Of a DNA stretch of 64,000 nucleotides, positions 1 through 12,929 are shown in pieces; the first letter of the stretch is position 1; the number at the start of each line of letters is the position of its first letter. The stretch covers positions 1,689,027 through 1,753,026 of the forward strand of contig NC_064047.1 of NCBI RefSeq assembly GCF_932526225.1, given 5' to 3'. The notes below the pieces were generated by a model, which made no database searches, had not been told where the DNA came from, and saw only the letters and a program-made list of their open reading frames with translations. The stretch comes from Nematostella vectensis (lineage: Eukaryota). The position numbers were made by a program, and so were the translations under genes.

Positions 1-13
1 AACTCACGCTAAG

Positions 14-333
14 GCGAGAGAATGGAGAAGCGTTCGGACTCCACGCACCCACCGGCTTGGACCGTTAGACTCCTCTATGTATGCTTTTTTGTTGCACTTG
101 ACCAAACTCTTTCTTACTTTAAGGATAACTTCAGTGGAGTGCATTTCGCTTTCGTCAAGACGTTTGTGATGATGGTGGGAGAAATCGACTATAACGACGT
201 GCTCTCCAGTAACGTCATTAACAGGGAGGTGAACCCCGCCACAGGGGCCCCGTATGTACCATTGCCGCCTGTGACTTACGTCTTCTTCTTTGTGTTCGTG
301 GTCATGGTCCCGATACTACTGATGAACTTACTG
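14..333 (+). CDS. TRPA-like channel, partial exon (S5-pore-S6). The 5' boundary is uncertain because an in-frame stop at 10-12 puts the acceptor near 12-13.
   Basis: Translation ...FAFVKTFVMMVGEIDYND...VMVPILLMNLL aligns to TRPA1 pore/S6 (TFSMMLGDINYRD...FVPIVLMNLLIGLAVGD). Donor ctg|gtgagt at 333/334, phase 0. Confidence 0.75.
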
Positions 334-597
334 GTGAGTAATGCCTACCAACCTCACGGTATGTTATATATTATAGCCGAATTCGATGTTGCGATGTTGC
401 CGAGAATTCGAATTCATTTCTCGTCTAGAAATTGCGCGTAGTCATTCATAGAATTCTTCAATTCATTATACCGAGACCAATCAATTCCCTTGCTGCGTGC
501 ATTTAAATGGTTTATGATGCAACAGTAAAATATGAAAGCCATCGATTGGTTTCTGACAGCTGATTGACAGACAGTGTTATTTTTGTGACTATCTTAG

Positions 598-773
598 GTC
601 GGTTTAGCAGTTGGTGACATTGATGCCATTCAAAAGACTGCTTCGTTCTCGCGACTGAAAGACCAGGTTAACTACGTGACTGACATTCAGAGGCGATATC
701 CGCTCAAGATGATAAGAATGTTGTACAAAGAGAAGATTGACGTTCGACCCAACAGGAACAGATTCTGGAAAAG
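598..773 (+). CDS. TRPA-like channel exon (post-S6 TRP-box region)
   Basis: Acceptor tatcttag|gtc at 597/598. VGLAVGDIDAIQKTASFSRLKDQV... matches TRPA1 IGLAVGDIAEVQKHASLKRIAMQV. Donor aaaag|gtcagt, ends phase 2. Confidence 0.8.
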
Positions 774-1086
774 GTCAGTTCCCAGATGAGCTCCGCAATG
801 AACATTTATATCGCACATTTGCCCTCCATTCTTTCAAAATATTTTACACGACTTCCTCGCTTTGGATCCTTAGAATGCAATGGTGTGGTACCAATACACT
901 CTTTTTAATAAGAAATCACTAAGAAATAATTCTCGAAATTTTGAAAATGTGACGTCAACTAAAATTCCTGACGAACTGGTGAGCGTATCATTGCCAAACA
1001 CCCCCCTATAGTGATTCAAAATAACTTGTTTTTTTTTTTTATTTTCTTGCCTTTAATTGTGATTTAATCTACTCATCTGGCGCAAG

Positions 1087-1288
1087 TATTGTGGATAGTG
1101 AATATCTTGACGAGATCATCGATATCGCCGAGTCAAGCGACAATAAGAAAAGCAACGCGGAGCATGGAGAAGAGAATGAGGGACAGAAAGAGAAAATACG
1201 GAACTTGGAACAGAAGCTGGACCACCTGACTCAGCTTCTACAGACCGCCATAGCAAAGCTTGAGGCTCCATTCCTCTCTAAGTTGTAA
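1087..1288 (+). CDS. TRPA-like channel terminal exon (C-terminal coiled coil), stop TAA at 1286-1288
   Basis: Polypyrimidine tract plus gcaag|t acceptor at 1086/1087. Frame continues from phase 2: S IVDSEYLDEIIDIAE...EQKLDHLTQLLQTAIAKLEAPFLSKL*. Confidence 0.75.
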
Positions 1289-2485
1289 ATAGCAATGCAT
1301 GCATTCATTATATTTATTTCTTTATTTTTATCTCTACTTATTTATTTTATCTTATTTATATACCTTGACCGTACTTAAGACGAATGCAAAAAGTGCGTTA
1401 ATATTTCGCTAGCTCAGTACTCACACACTAGCCTTCTCCGCAGGCGTCTAAACCGCTTTTTTTTGCTAAAAAAAGATAAACAACTTTTCGCTAGCGGGAG
1501 TTCTGTGGCGAGACAAATTCTTTCGGGTTCGGTCCGCGTGCTCGCTGTTTTCTTGTGTTGTCTCGCAAGTAGAGATGCCTGCAGACTAAACTACTCACAC
1601 ACCACGATGCACAAAATACGAGTAGCAAAGATAAAATAACAATGAAAAAGTTTTTGTTTGTTTCTATATTTAAACGAGCATACTGTCACGCGGAAAATTA
1701 ACGCAAGGTGATGGGTTTCGCTATTTTATAACATTTTTATTTTAGACCATAGTTAGGGGTCACGGGGATTTGAACTCCCCCCAATTGTAGGCGTTTCCAC
1801 ATTGTTTTCAAGAGTTACTCGAGAGTCGTAAAATTGAGCGCCTATTACCGTTCCGTACGCATTAACTATCGGTAGAAAGCTTGATCTGGTTTTACGAGCA
1901 GGTAACTCTAGGTATCATCTAGGTCCAATGAAACTCTGGTATAGCCAGGTTCATTATTAAGTAAGCGAATGCAAAACTGATTGGAATGCTATCATGGCGT
2001 TGATGCCGACGTGTGAAGCCTGCCATGTCCACTAGCATAGCAAGCATGTAGTGTGTTACCTCCGTAGTCAAATAATTCATACCATCCCTATAGTTTTCCG
2101 TGCTATGTACTCTTATACTCGTATACACGCGTATACACTTCACAACATTTTGATCATGAGGTGGCGAATATCGTGGTGTATAAAAGTACATACCACGGAA
2201 AACTATGGAGAATTTGTAATCAATACTTAGGTCACGGAAGTCCAAGGGTAACTCTCTGCCCCCCCCCCCCCCCCCCCCCCAACCCCCCAACGGAACTCGC
2301 CTTTCGTACACCCAAAAACCTTATCTAAACCAAGCTCGCTTTGCGGGGGTGTTAGTGAAGGTTTCCCGAATGGACTTGCCGTCTTAGGAGCATATAAAAG
2401 GGATGCGGTAGATACCCCAAAATTGCTTGTAAACTTCTTATAGACCTTCGTCGTGTAACAACGTACAGAAGTAAAACCCCGTACA

Positions 2486-2775
2486 CCAAACGACAGTGCT
2501 GAATAACGTATGCGCATGCGCGTGCTCTGGCGAAAACAAACACAATCGTAGTGTTAAATTGTTCGAGAAAAGGTACGAAAGGCTGACTTCAGTCGCTGAT
2601 TTGACTAACTGTACAGCATTAAAACCATACTGTACAAAGGATGACAAATTTGTGTGATAATGAGGGAGTCATAAAGAAAATTATAGCCTTAGGTTTGGTC
2701 TAGTTTTCTTAGCATTCGCCAAAATGTGACAGTTCGCCGGTAAAAAGCCGCCATTTCAAAACAAAAAGGCTGGTT
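2486..2775. repeat. Dispersed repeat of about 285 bp. An inverted copy lies at about 34575-34860 in NudC intron 3.
   Basis: Long reverse-complement identity (for example ggctgacttcagtcgctgatttgactaactgtacagcattaaaaccatactgtacaaagg against its complement near 34690). Confidence 0.7.
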
Positions 2776-3054
2776 TAACCGCGCGGTACTGGAACTAGTC
2801 TTGCGTTTTTCAGCACTGTCCCCCCAAACCAAAGCGTTTTCTCGTGTCTCAATGCTTGTAATGACAAGTCCAAAGCAGTCCCAGCTGAGGACGTAGGTGG
2901 TTGGATTTGTTTTGATAGGGTCGGATCCATCATCTCTGTTCCTAGTACCTTTCAAGTAAGGGGTAAGAAAACGAGCAGACTAGAGAACAATGGAGAGCGC
3001 TTCTTTTGCCTACCCTGTTATTTTATAAAGGGGAAGAAAAAAACCGCGCGCTGG

Positions 3055-3260
3055 GGTTCGAGGTGGTCGAGTTACTGATTTACCAGGTGGCGGCGGTTAC
3101 ACAGCGCGTCGTTTGAAAGGTCGCAAGCGTGTAGGGACAGAGCTCGCTGCAGGAGCGAAACCAAGACGAGTACATCCAGTCAAAGTAGGAATACGTGCTT
3201 TATTCAACACTAACAAGACATTATACTTCATTTCGGAGTCAAATTATCCTATAGCCCGTG
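3055..3260. repeat. Dispersed repeat of about 200 bp. A direct copy lies at 53897-54100.
   Basis: gagttactgatttaccaggtggcggc...cgtcgtttgaaaggtcgcaagcg...gaatacgtgctttatt...cttcatttcggagtcaaattatcctatagcccgt is shared between the two sites. Confidence 0.75.
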
Positions 3261-6200
3261 CACTGTGACGTCACAATTCGAGGGAGACAATTTGTCGAAC
3301 ACTGAAAAGATTCCAAATTTGGGGGGGGGGGGGGGGGGGGGGTAAAGGAGTCCCAAAAAGAGGGGGCCGAATCAAGATATCAAAAAGAGGGGAGATTTAT
3401 TGTTCTGTCGTGGATTTCCTTATATATTTCTTGTTATTTTTAAACCAAATACTGAAAATGGGGGTAGGGGGGCTCTGCCCGCCCTTAGATCCGCCCCTGA
3501 TGGGTATATGAATCATTCAATCTTGTTTTAAGAACTGTCGTTTTTCTAGTTCGCTTAGTCATTTCCTTATTAGGCATTACATACCATATATGGAAGTCCG
3601 CTGCAATCATTTTTTCTCATATCAAGAAAATTTAGCCAAAAATTGTCGTTTTTATAATTATAATATAATTATATATGATAAACTTGAACTTTAAAATTTT
3701 ATTAAAAAATAACTTTCCACATATCAAGAAAATTTAGCCAAAAATTGTCGTTTTCCCCAGACGCGGTAACTTCCATATAAGGAAACTAATATATTCCTTA
3801 TTTGGAAAACCTGCACGATTCTTGTCATTTTTAGGGCTGCCGTAACGCAGGTGCTTCGCAAACTTTGTGAATTGTATTCAGAAGGGAAAAACAGTGACTG
3901 TGACCATGTTTAGTCAATGGAGAAAGCCCCTGAAAAGAAACTAAAATTCCTCTGTACCAGACCCCTAAAGCGACAACGGTTTCTTCATATGCTCTTTTTT
4001 ATCGTTCTAGAACTTCGTTAGTCGATAATTTTCACGTAAACTTGCAGGAATTCGTGCCTTACTACGATTTTGATGGCAGCCATCTTAGAAAGCCTAGTCC
4101 CTAACGTTTTAGAATAGCACGCTCTCCCCAGGCTCTTTTCTCATCGTAAGCGAACATTGGTTCTTTAACGAGAGTGTCTGCAGGTGATTATTTATTCAGT
4201 ATCTTTTTCATATTCATATACAAGTATAACTCAGAATATAAAAATAAATATTGATTATTCCTGAATAAAAACGGAGACGAGCTAAGAAAATTAAAAAAAA
4301 AAAAAATTGTTTTTGCCAAACGCTGTCAAAATGTTTTATTCCTTATTTTTAAAAAATGAGCTTTCTAGCAGTACCGCAGTCCGCAGGTGCTTCGTTAACT
4401 TTATAACTTGTAATCAAAAGAGCAAAACAGTGACTGTGACCATCTTTAGTTAATGGAGAAAGTATCTGAAAAGAAACAAAAATTCCTCGGTACCAGACCT
4501 CCTAAACGACAACGTTTTCTTAGGGTGGGGTGTCGCGTTGATTGGAACTGGGCATTCCGTGCTGGTCGCTAACGATACGCAGGCCCGTACCCAGGGGGGG
4601 GGGGGGGGGGGGGGGTGCAGGAGGTGCGAAGGCACCCCCCAACAAGGGCCAAAAGTCCACTTTTTGTTCTCAATAGACGCGCTATTTGTAGACAAAGCTA
4701 AGAATCATAGGCTAGATCCCTCGTGCATGTAGCCAATTCCAAAGCTAAACGTCCCGTGGAGATACTGCAAAGGCATGCTTCAAAGGCAGCCTTGGTGGTT
4801 AAATTTTTATCAGAGAACTCCCTCCTCCCCCTTCCCCCCGGAAAAATTAGGTCCACTTTTTCGGATTTCGCCCCCCCCCCCCAAGAAAAATCCTGGGTAC
4901 GGGTCTGGATACGGTATATGCCCCTTTTAAACTTCCCCTATCTGAAATTGCCATTTTCCAGCATCTACCCAAATTATAACATTTTAACAGCGCTGAGCCT
5001 GCTTGCAGAAAACCCTCTTCGTCCGGTGATCGGGCGCCATTTTGTATTTGAAGCCGCGTAGTTCCTTGGAGGGAGCCAAAAACGGACGCCCAGCGCTTCT
5101 GGTATGAATGGTGTTCTTGAAATAGTTCATCTCCCGAGTTAAAAAAATGACCTTTTTACCACTTCCGGTATTCAATCTCGCTCCAGACCTCCTCGCGGAA
5201 ATCCCGCTGGTGAACACGTGACCACACATCAACATGGCTGCTTGTCGGCTCATTCGCGATGGGAGCTAGGTGCAGAGAAAATCTACTAGTTTCCTACAAA
5301 AATGACATTTAATTCACCTCCAATTTTACACACAGCAAGATGAATTCAGGATATACAATAGACGCATTTCCTGTGCATTTTCAATGCGTCATACGACCTC
5401 AGAGTAACCAAAGATTGTGTTAACTAGAAGAGGATAACATTTCATCTGATTTTAAACTCTATCGCCGATACATTTGGGTACTGCGTGTAGAAGTTTCACT
5501 TCATCTTCATAACTGCATAATTACAGAACATTGACAAGTATTTCATCACTGGTATGTTCCTAATTGTTCGTGTTTGGAGGTGTTAGGTGCGGACAAAATC
5601 TGCAAGTTTTATCTGGGGTTGAGCTCGGTTCGAAATTCATCTCCTACGCCTGATCTCTGCACCAAGCCAGACCCTTTCAAATTCCCTCTTCCCTTTTTTT
5701 AATCTCACAAATATTATTTTCAAATTTTTGGAAGAGGGGTAGATGAAAATTATTAGCTCCATGGTCTGGGTTTAAACTAATTCTTGCTTTCGTTTTATAA
5801 TTTTACACAATGCAAACTAGCTGATTTCACAAGTCACTCGATTCCATGCATAAGATTCTAGATTGTTTCGTAATTATTATTAAAATAAACTTATCTCTTG
5901 CATTTGATCAAACTAAACACGGCTGTCCGTTTGTTATTGTATTTTGATTATTTTTTTCTCACTGTTTATAATTCCGAAATGTGCATACTTTCCAAATGAA
6001 TCCATAGTGTAAAAAAATGCAGTCAGTCAATTCGAAATTAGTTTTTTTAACCGACTCCGTTTCCCTTCAAGGCAAGATTTGTAGGATTTCTTGTATTGTT
6101 TTGGTTTTATGTTTTGTTTTGAGTTGCTGCAAGAATTATTAGCATAAATAGTCATGCTTGACCATTAACTCGCTCTAGAGATCTATTTATCAATCAAAAC

Positions 6201-7493
6201 ATCTTAGAATTTGAAGTTTTACCAGATATGCTTTTCCGAATATTCTTCAAATATCCCGATTTATGATACTATTTCTCTTAGAATTAGAATTATCTGGTAT
6301 TTAGTAAAAAAGAATGATTTTTATAATCCTGTGTTTCTCTGTCTAATTTACAAGATAAAAAAATGAATCTATATAAATTTTCACCCTAACATTACCATGG
6401 TTATTTTTGATGTTCATATGAAGACAGCACAACAAATAGTATTTTGGATAGCAAAAGAAGTACAGTATTTGCATACTGCTCCTGGAAAAAGGTTTCTACA
6501 GTACCTTATTCACAGCCACCCAGTTCTGCAATGAAATCTGTATACAGGGAGAAATCTACCCCTCTAATGTTTATATTGTCTTCACCATAACTATTGGATC
6601 ATTGCAATTTACACTGTGACTTTTAGTGATCTTTTATCACATCCTTCATAAATTTCAAGTGATGAAATAAATTCTGTTCTCTTTCGGATAAAAACTTTTT
6701 TCCTTGGCCTCTTGAAAGCCTTCTATACACAATGCAGTGTTCCGTTATAATTTGAAAACTTGATTAACAACGGTTTTAGCATTTTAGGAAACGTCAAATA
6801 ATCAAAAGGACAGTACTTCTGTCACCATAACCCTAATGCAATGATCCCTTCAGAGCGCCACTACCTTATTTATAATCATTACCTCTCCAATCATAATCAC
6901 CAACAACCTTTAAGCAATACCACAAGATATTTATATTTATGGCTAAAATAAAATAGTTTTTTTATTGGGTGAGGTCACAGAGCAATAACATATAAGGTCA
7001 ATTGACCTTTAGCCGAAATCAAATTAAAAGGAGATTTGCAAGGTCTTAAGTTCTCTCTTCTTTTCAGTTGTTTCAGTTTCTATTTAGTTATAATACATGA
7101 ATAGCCAATCAGCAAGCAATATTTTTTTGTGTCTCAATAATGCAAAATACTAAGGGAAGTCAATATACTTCTCCCAACAGTAACAAGACCATTGCTAGGA
7201 AATTTTGCCTATGGGGCAAGCCTCAGTCATTCCTTGTACTGTTTGTATATTTGCACAGGTGCGGAAGGAGACACCATTTTCTTTCATATGTGTCTATTGA
7301 AATTTTCAAGCAAGCAACTGTCTAGTTTCGCTATCTGATAATTTACCATTCTTGGAGCATGGTGATTAGTTTAAGTTGATGCCACTTGCAGGTTAAAAGG
7401 TTGTGAAAGACAAGAAAAAGGGAAAAGTATCTGATATATTGTAATATTGAAAAAAAAAGACAGCAAGAGTCAATGTGTTAAATTACAGATACC

Positions 7494-7587
7494 ATGTCAA
7501 GAAAGCATAGCACACTGCTGAAAGAAGAGGTGGATGATGATGAATCTAATGGTGATGACAAGAGCAAGAGAGAAAGCACACAAGAAG
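7494..7587 (+). CDS. REPS1: REPS1-like exon 1 (ATG 7494; MSRKHSTLLKEEVDDDESNGDDKSKRESTQE), donor g|gttaga, phase 1
   Basis: ATG in frame with downstream exons. Preceded by ttacag, so it could equally be an internal exon with upstream 5' exons unrecognised. Confidence 0.6.
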
Positions 7588-7881
7588 GTTAGACTTCACC
7601 AATTATTTTGTTAGTATTGTTTTAAAGATCTAAACAGCAGTTTAAATTATAATATGGAATAGTCAAAATCACAGATTTGTTGAACTTTTGGACAAGTTCA
7701 AGTATGGAGTATTTTCATCTTTTATATAAAGTTATACCCTGCCAAACCATTCTCTGTTGTTTTAATGCTACTAGAAAGTTTTACAGTTAGGCAAATGAAG
7801 TTTCCAAAAGCTAACAACACCAAGCCACCTTAAGCAGATAATGCCTGCCCTAAAATTAACCTCTTAAATATTTGATTGCAG

Positions 7882-8210
7882 GTGATAAAAGGAGAAAAGG
7901 AAAGAAAGGTGAACGCCTTGAAGGCTATTACAACAGTAGTATGAACAACTCTAAGGTTAAACCTGTCGTGGGTGCAGCTATCAACCCTTCAGCGGATGGC
8001 ATAACTTCACCTAACCACACCCAGCCCACCCAGGTCCTGCCCACTATCCAGCCCCCGCCCACCCACCCGTATCGGCAGCAAGGCCCTGCAGGGCCACCGG
8101 TGACATGTCAAGCCCAACAGGGGTCTACAGCGCAGCAGGTTACACCTCAAGGCCAGCAGGGTTACAGTGGCGTGGTCATGCCTGTAGCAATAAACCAGCC
8201 TATTCAACAG
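7882..8210 (+). CDS. REPS1: REPS1-like exon 2 (basic/Pro-Gln-rich)
   Basis: Acceptor ttgcag|gt, donor caacag|gtcagt at 8210/8211. Consistent with ORF track 7872..8294. The exon 3' end plus donor is tandemly repeated downstream. Confidence 0.8.
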
Positions 8211-8790
8211 GTCAGTATAAATAGAAAAGGGTTGCATTGGCGTGGTCATGCCTGTAGCAATAAACCAGCCTATTCAACAGGGCAGTATAAATAGAAAAGG
8301 GTTACAGTGGTGTGGTCATGCCTGTAGCAATAAACCAGCCTATTCAACAGGTCAGTATAAATAGAAAAGGGTAACAGTGGCGTGGTCATGCCTGTAGCAA
8401 TAAACCAGCCCATTCAACAGGGCAGTATAATGAGAAAAGGGTTGCATTGGCATGGTCATGCCTGTAGCAACAAACCAGCCTATTCAACAGGTCAGTATAA
8501 ATAGAAAAAGGTTGCATTGGCATGGTCATGCCTGTAGCAATAAACCAGTCTATTCAACAGGTCAGTATAAATAGAAAAGGGTTGCATTATCATGGTCATG
8601 CCTGTAGCAATAAACCAGCCTATTCAACAGGTCAGTATAAATAGAAAAGGGTTGCATTGGCATGGTCATGCCTGTAGCAATAAACCAGCCTATTCAACAG
8701 GTCAGTATAAATAGAAAAGGGTTGCATTGGCATGGTCATGCCTGTAGCAATAAACCAGCCTATTCAACAGGTCAGTATAATGAGAAAAGC
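8171..8790. repeat. 70-bp minisatellite, about 9 copies. Copy 1 is the last 40 nt of REPS1 exon 2 plus the 5' splice site, and each copy carries caacag|gtcagt.
   Basis: Unit cgtggtcatgcctgtagcaataaaccagcctattcaacaggtcagtataaatagaaaagggttgcattgg is repeated with few substitutions. Confidence 0.9.
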
Positions 8791-9273
8791 TGCTATCTAC
8801 ATGGACTATCTACATGACCTATTTCACACATTCGAAATTTTTCGAATAATATCAAGCAATCTCCGTCGTTGTCAAATAAATGGCTCCCAGCTGTTCAAAA
8901 GTCTTCGCTAGCAGTTATCACACATTCAGATATCTTCGAAGGATATCAAGCAATCAGCATTCCTTCCCAAAACTAATTACCCCATGTCTAATACAAGTCT
9001 TTGTTAAATACAGTAAATGGCTTCCCGCTGTTCAAACATCAGCTGTTCGCGAATTTTGCGAACATATGTACACATGTTTGAGAGCGGTACTGTACTTCCC
9101 ACAAAGTGCTGGGTTTGCAAGCAATTGGAAAAAGCTCTAACTCCAGTTTGCACAATTTTATGTATCTTCTTGATTGTTACTTATATTTCAACTTGGGTTG
9201 TTAAAGTTGGTTATAATTGAAACTTGGTCCTTGACCTCATGTTAAAAGAATGACTTCTTTGTTTGTAATACAG

Positions 9274-9519
9274 GTCTACCAGCCAAACCATCCTCAGCAC
9301 ATTCCGCCGCAAAACCCAGTGGCAACTCACTGGCAGCAACAGCAACCACTGCCTGTAAGGCTACCGCCCCCTCCTGGCCCCGCCCAACACCCAGTAGTGG
9401 CACCCCAACAGTATCAAGCCACCCCACAACACCCTCAAGCCCAGTATCAACCCTACCAGCCCCACCCACCACAGGGGTACTTTCCAGGCGTGCATTACAC
9501 TCATGGAGTCCCAGGCCAG
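9274..9519 (+). CDS. REPS1: REPS1-like exon 3 (Pro/Gln-rich)
   Basis: Acceptor aatacag|gtc, donor ggccag|gtacaa, phase 0-0. ORF track 9250..9588. Confidence 0.8.
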
Positions 9520-9974
9520 GTACAATGTAAAATTTTATTTTTCAGTAACTTCTTTTTTATTGTAAACAAAACCCCTAGTGACACTTAGGTTATTGTTTGC
9601 AACACAAATACATAAGTTACAAGAAAACTTTTAAATAACCATGCTATTTTAAAAACATGTTTTCAGTGCAAAATCTCAAATGCAATGCAATGACAAATGG
9701 TACAGTAGTAAGAGTACACTATCAAAAGATACCATGGGTCTATTAAACCATGAAATTAGTTCACTTATAAGGGTTGATCTTAGAACTTCCATTTTCTATT
9801 TGCCATTTGCACCGACAATTTTTATTAATTGAATGTGAAATATTATCAACAGCCCTGTGTGATGTATGTAAAAAACAACTCTCATGGTTTAATTGAAACA
9901 GTAACTAAGATGCCATAATTCAGATAGATAGTTAGCCAGGTATCAGATTCTAATCTTGGTGTATTTATTTTAAG

Positions 9975-10185
9975 GTCCCTGGTGCTATAGGTGCACCGTA
10001 CATACATCAGCCAAGACATCCCCAGCATGTCCTAGTGCGCAGCCAGTCACTCCCAGAAGAGCCTGTCCCCCAAGGGCGGGGCCCACCCCCTGCACCCCAG
10101 AGTCCCCCAGGGCGGGGCCCACCCCAGGACCAGCAGATGTGGGTAGCACATCAGCCGCCACCACAGCCACAAGACCAAGTTGAAG
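9975..10185 (+). CDS. REPS1: REPS1-like exon 4
   Basis: Acceptor ttttaag|gtc, donor gaag|gtaaac, ends phase 1. ORF track 10035..10271. Confidence 0.8.
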
Positions 10186-10494
10186 GTAAACAAGTCACAA
10201 CAGCATATCTGGATAAGACAAAATTCAATGCATGGTACTTATTTCATAAAAGGCCCGTAGCCAGCATTTGAGCGGGGTTCGTTTACCCATTTAGCGGACC
10301 ATTTTTTCTAGGTAGCGTGCCCTAGCTAGCAGTGGTACTCAGTTTTCCTTCATTATAGCGTACCTTCCAGTCTCCCCCTGGCTATGGGCCTGTATTATAG
10401 CCCTGATATTCAAAATGAAATAACAAGGTACATTGTAATAAATAACTTGGAATTAAAAGTGCTGTGTCATTATTAATTGATCTCTAAATGTCAG

Positions 10495-10738
10495 CAGGTA
10501 ACTGGGTTGGTGAAAGTAATGGTGCTGCGTCCCAGCAGACCTGGGTACCGGGTAGTACTGCCACCCAACACCCCATGGAGAGCTACTGGGCAGCATTTAG
10601 TGGCAGCCCCCCAACCCCTGAGAAACCCCAACAATGGGACGACTCATCAGACCACTCTGATCACAGCTCAAGTGATGAGGAACTGGACCGAAGCAGCTCA
10701 CCTGTGCTGTGCGGTGAAGAGGGGGAGGGGCTTTTAAG
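10495..10738 (+). CDS. REPS1: REPS1-like exon 5 (acidic Ser-rich). Alternative acceptor at 10497/10498 is possible.
   Basis: Acceptor tgtcag|cag with tandem AGs, donor tttaag|gtgagt. Phase 1 in, phase 2 out. ORF track 10488..10742. Confidence 0.75.
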
Positions 10739-11315
10739 GTGAGTAGAAAGGGTGAGGCTTGAGGTTTGATATCTGAGCATTCACCCCATATACCCGTAGA
10801 ATTTACAGCCCAAGTCCAAAACCTCAGAAATGCAAACTAAACATCACCAGACCCAGTTGGGGTGGAGCTTAACGTTTGATATCTGAGCATTAATTTAGAT
10901 GATCTTTGTTAAATGCTAAAAACTGTAAAGTTTTAATCATCCTTTTATTACATAAGTGTGTTTGCTTACCATACATACTCCACCCACTAATGAGATACGG
11001 TATACCTGTAAAAAATATTAGTATTCATCAGGATCACCTTAAATAATCTAAATAAACTTTTTTTTCTGGGTAAGTGCTAAACTCTCATTTCTGCTTTATC
11101 AACGTTTCTGGAAATAAACAAATGAAAAATGCATTCTGAGCTGCATCCATTGCTTTTTCCCCATGGTGTAATGTACAAGAACTATTTACTTTTTATACTA
11201 CTTTCCTTTTTCTGTTTGTTTAAAACCCAGTCCTTTAGAACCTTAAATTGTTCTTGATCATCAAGCCGGATTGTTGCTATAAATTAAATTGAATTTTGCT
11301 ATGTTTACATAATTT

Positions 11316-11655
11316 TTTACTAGTACCTGTCACAGAAATGTTAATTGTTATGCAAATCCCTTAGGGATTTAAACTGTAGATCTGTAAAAAGTCCTAAGTG
11401 TTACAACCAAAAAATGATAATAAAAACCTTCAAAGATGTCATGATAGAAACAGGAACAAACTCTAGGTAGGAGTTGATATGGTTTACTAGTACCTGTCAC
11501 AGAAATGTTAATTGTTATGCAAATCCCTTAGGGATTTAAACTGTAGATCTGTAAAAAGTCCCAAGTGTTACAACCAAAAAATGATAATAAAAACCTTCAA
11601 AGATGTCATGATAGAAACAGGAACAAACTCTAGGTAGGAGTTGATATGGGTATTT
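11316..11655. repeat. Tandem duplication of about 169 bp, 2 copies, in REPS1 intron 5
   Basis: tactagtacctgtcacagaaatgttaattgttatgcaaatccc...gagttgatatgg occurs twice in a row. Confidence 0.8.
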
Positions 11656-12169
11656 TTCCATTGCGAGTGCTTAACAGAAATTTATTATTATAGTTGATAA
11701 TTTTTGTGTTAACCTTGATGTCAGCTTAGATTTGGCCATTGAAAAGCTCCAAATTCTGTTCCATAAATCACCATGGTGGTATACTTTTACACAAGTAGTA
11801 TATGCAACTATACAATGATATGCATGGGTACATGAGAGTTATCAACTTTCTGGGTTTGTCTGTACTTGTGTTTTAGTCATATTGTGCTAGAATTGAAATA
11901 TTTAAGTTTATGTTATATGTTCACCATGTTTTTAAATGCAGTGGAACAGAAATGACAGTTCGGCTGTTACTATAATAATAAATTCTTCAAACAAATAACA
12001 AGGTATTATTATTTTAATAAATAGTGTAAGTATTGATAAATATAAGAGTTATTGTAGAATGTACATCTATTCTTATAATAAATGCAATTTACTGTAAATT
12101 GTGTATTTGAGCTATTTCCTTGTTTGGTGTTTGAGAACCAAGTTTAAAAAAATCTATTTATTTTTCTTA

Positions 12170-12700
12170 TTATATCTTATTATTACCTACGCTACTACGC
12201 TACTACGCTAGTCAATTTTTTTTTCATAATTTCATATAGATTACAATCAATTTACATGTATTTATATATATATATATATATTTATTTAGCTTTATCAGTA
12301 AGAATCTACAATTTTAAATTTTTAATAATCAGTATAATTTTTATAATTTTATCTTTTTTTTGTGTCCCCCAATTAGTAGGGGTTTTATCCCCGGCTAGAG
12401 GTTGTTTATGACACTTTAATAAAGTTTCTATCTATCTATCTATCTACCATTATCATTATTATACATATTATTATAAAAAATACCAGAAAGAAAGGTCACC
12501 ATCTTGTTTATTATTATTATACGTATTATTATTAAAAAAAAATATCAGAAAGAAAGATCACCATCTTGTTTTCCCACTTCCCTCCCCTCCACCCCAAATC
12601 GTAATTTTTGAAATAAGATAATATTTTTTGGCATAATATCAATCATAATCAATCAATATCAATCATAATATCACCCTTCAGCATGTTATGTATAAGTGTT
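12170..12700. repeat. AT-rich microsatellite cluster ((TACTACGC)n, (TA)n, (CTAT)n, ATT-rich runs)
   Basis: Short-period simple repeats are visible directly. Confidence 0.7.
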
Positions 12701-12743
12701 TGTGTTATATAAGTATAGATTATTGAATCATGATTATCCCTAG

Positions 12744-12892
12744 GGCACCGTCGCTGACCAGTTTTGCTGAAAGCACAAGCAGTGTGGAAGATGAGGGAGA
12801 AGAAGATGTGTGGGTGATCCAGCATGAGCAAAGAGATTACTACGCTACACAATTTAGAAAACTACAGCCTGGGGAAGATGGAGTCATCAAAG
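12744..12892 (+). CDS. REPS1: REPS1-like exon 6 (EH domain N-terminal part: DVWVIQHEQRDYYATQFRKLQPGEDGVIKG)
   Basis: Acceptor tccctag|g, donor aaag|gtgcca. Matches human REPS1 [30 protein letters not shown]. Confidence 0.85.
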
Positions 12893-12929
12893 GTGCCACA
12901 ATCAGGAATAAATGTACCCTGATCATAAC

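Noticed and set aside
1919-2517. Minus-strand ORFs containing GGGGGGGG runs
   Set aside because: They are driven by a poly-C tract (2258-2280) and low-complexity sequence, with no homology or splice support.
8171-8790. Possibility of a CRISPR array, given regularly spaced direct repeats here and at 30208-30650, 51241-51400 and elsewhere
   Set aside because: Units are contiguous with no unique spacers. The context is eukaryotic intron and exon sequence with GT-AG splicing. These are minisatellites.
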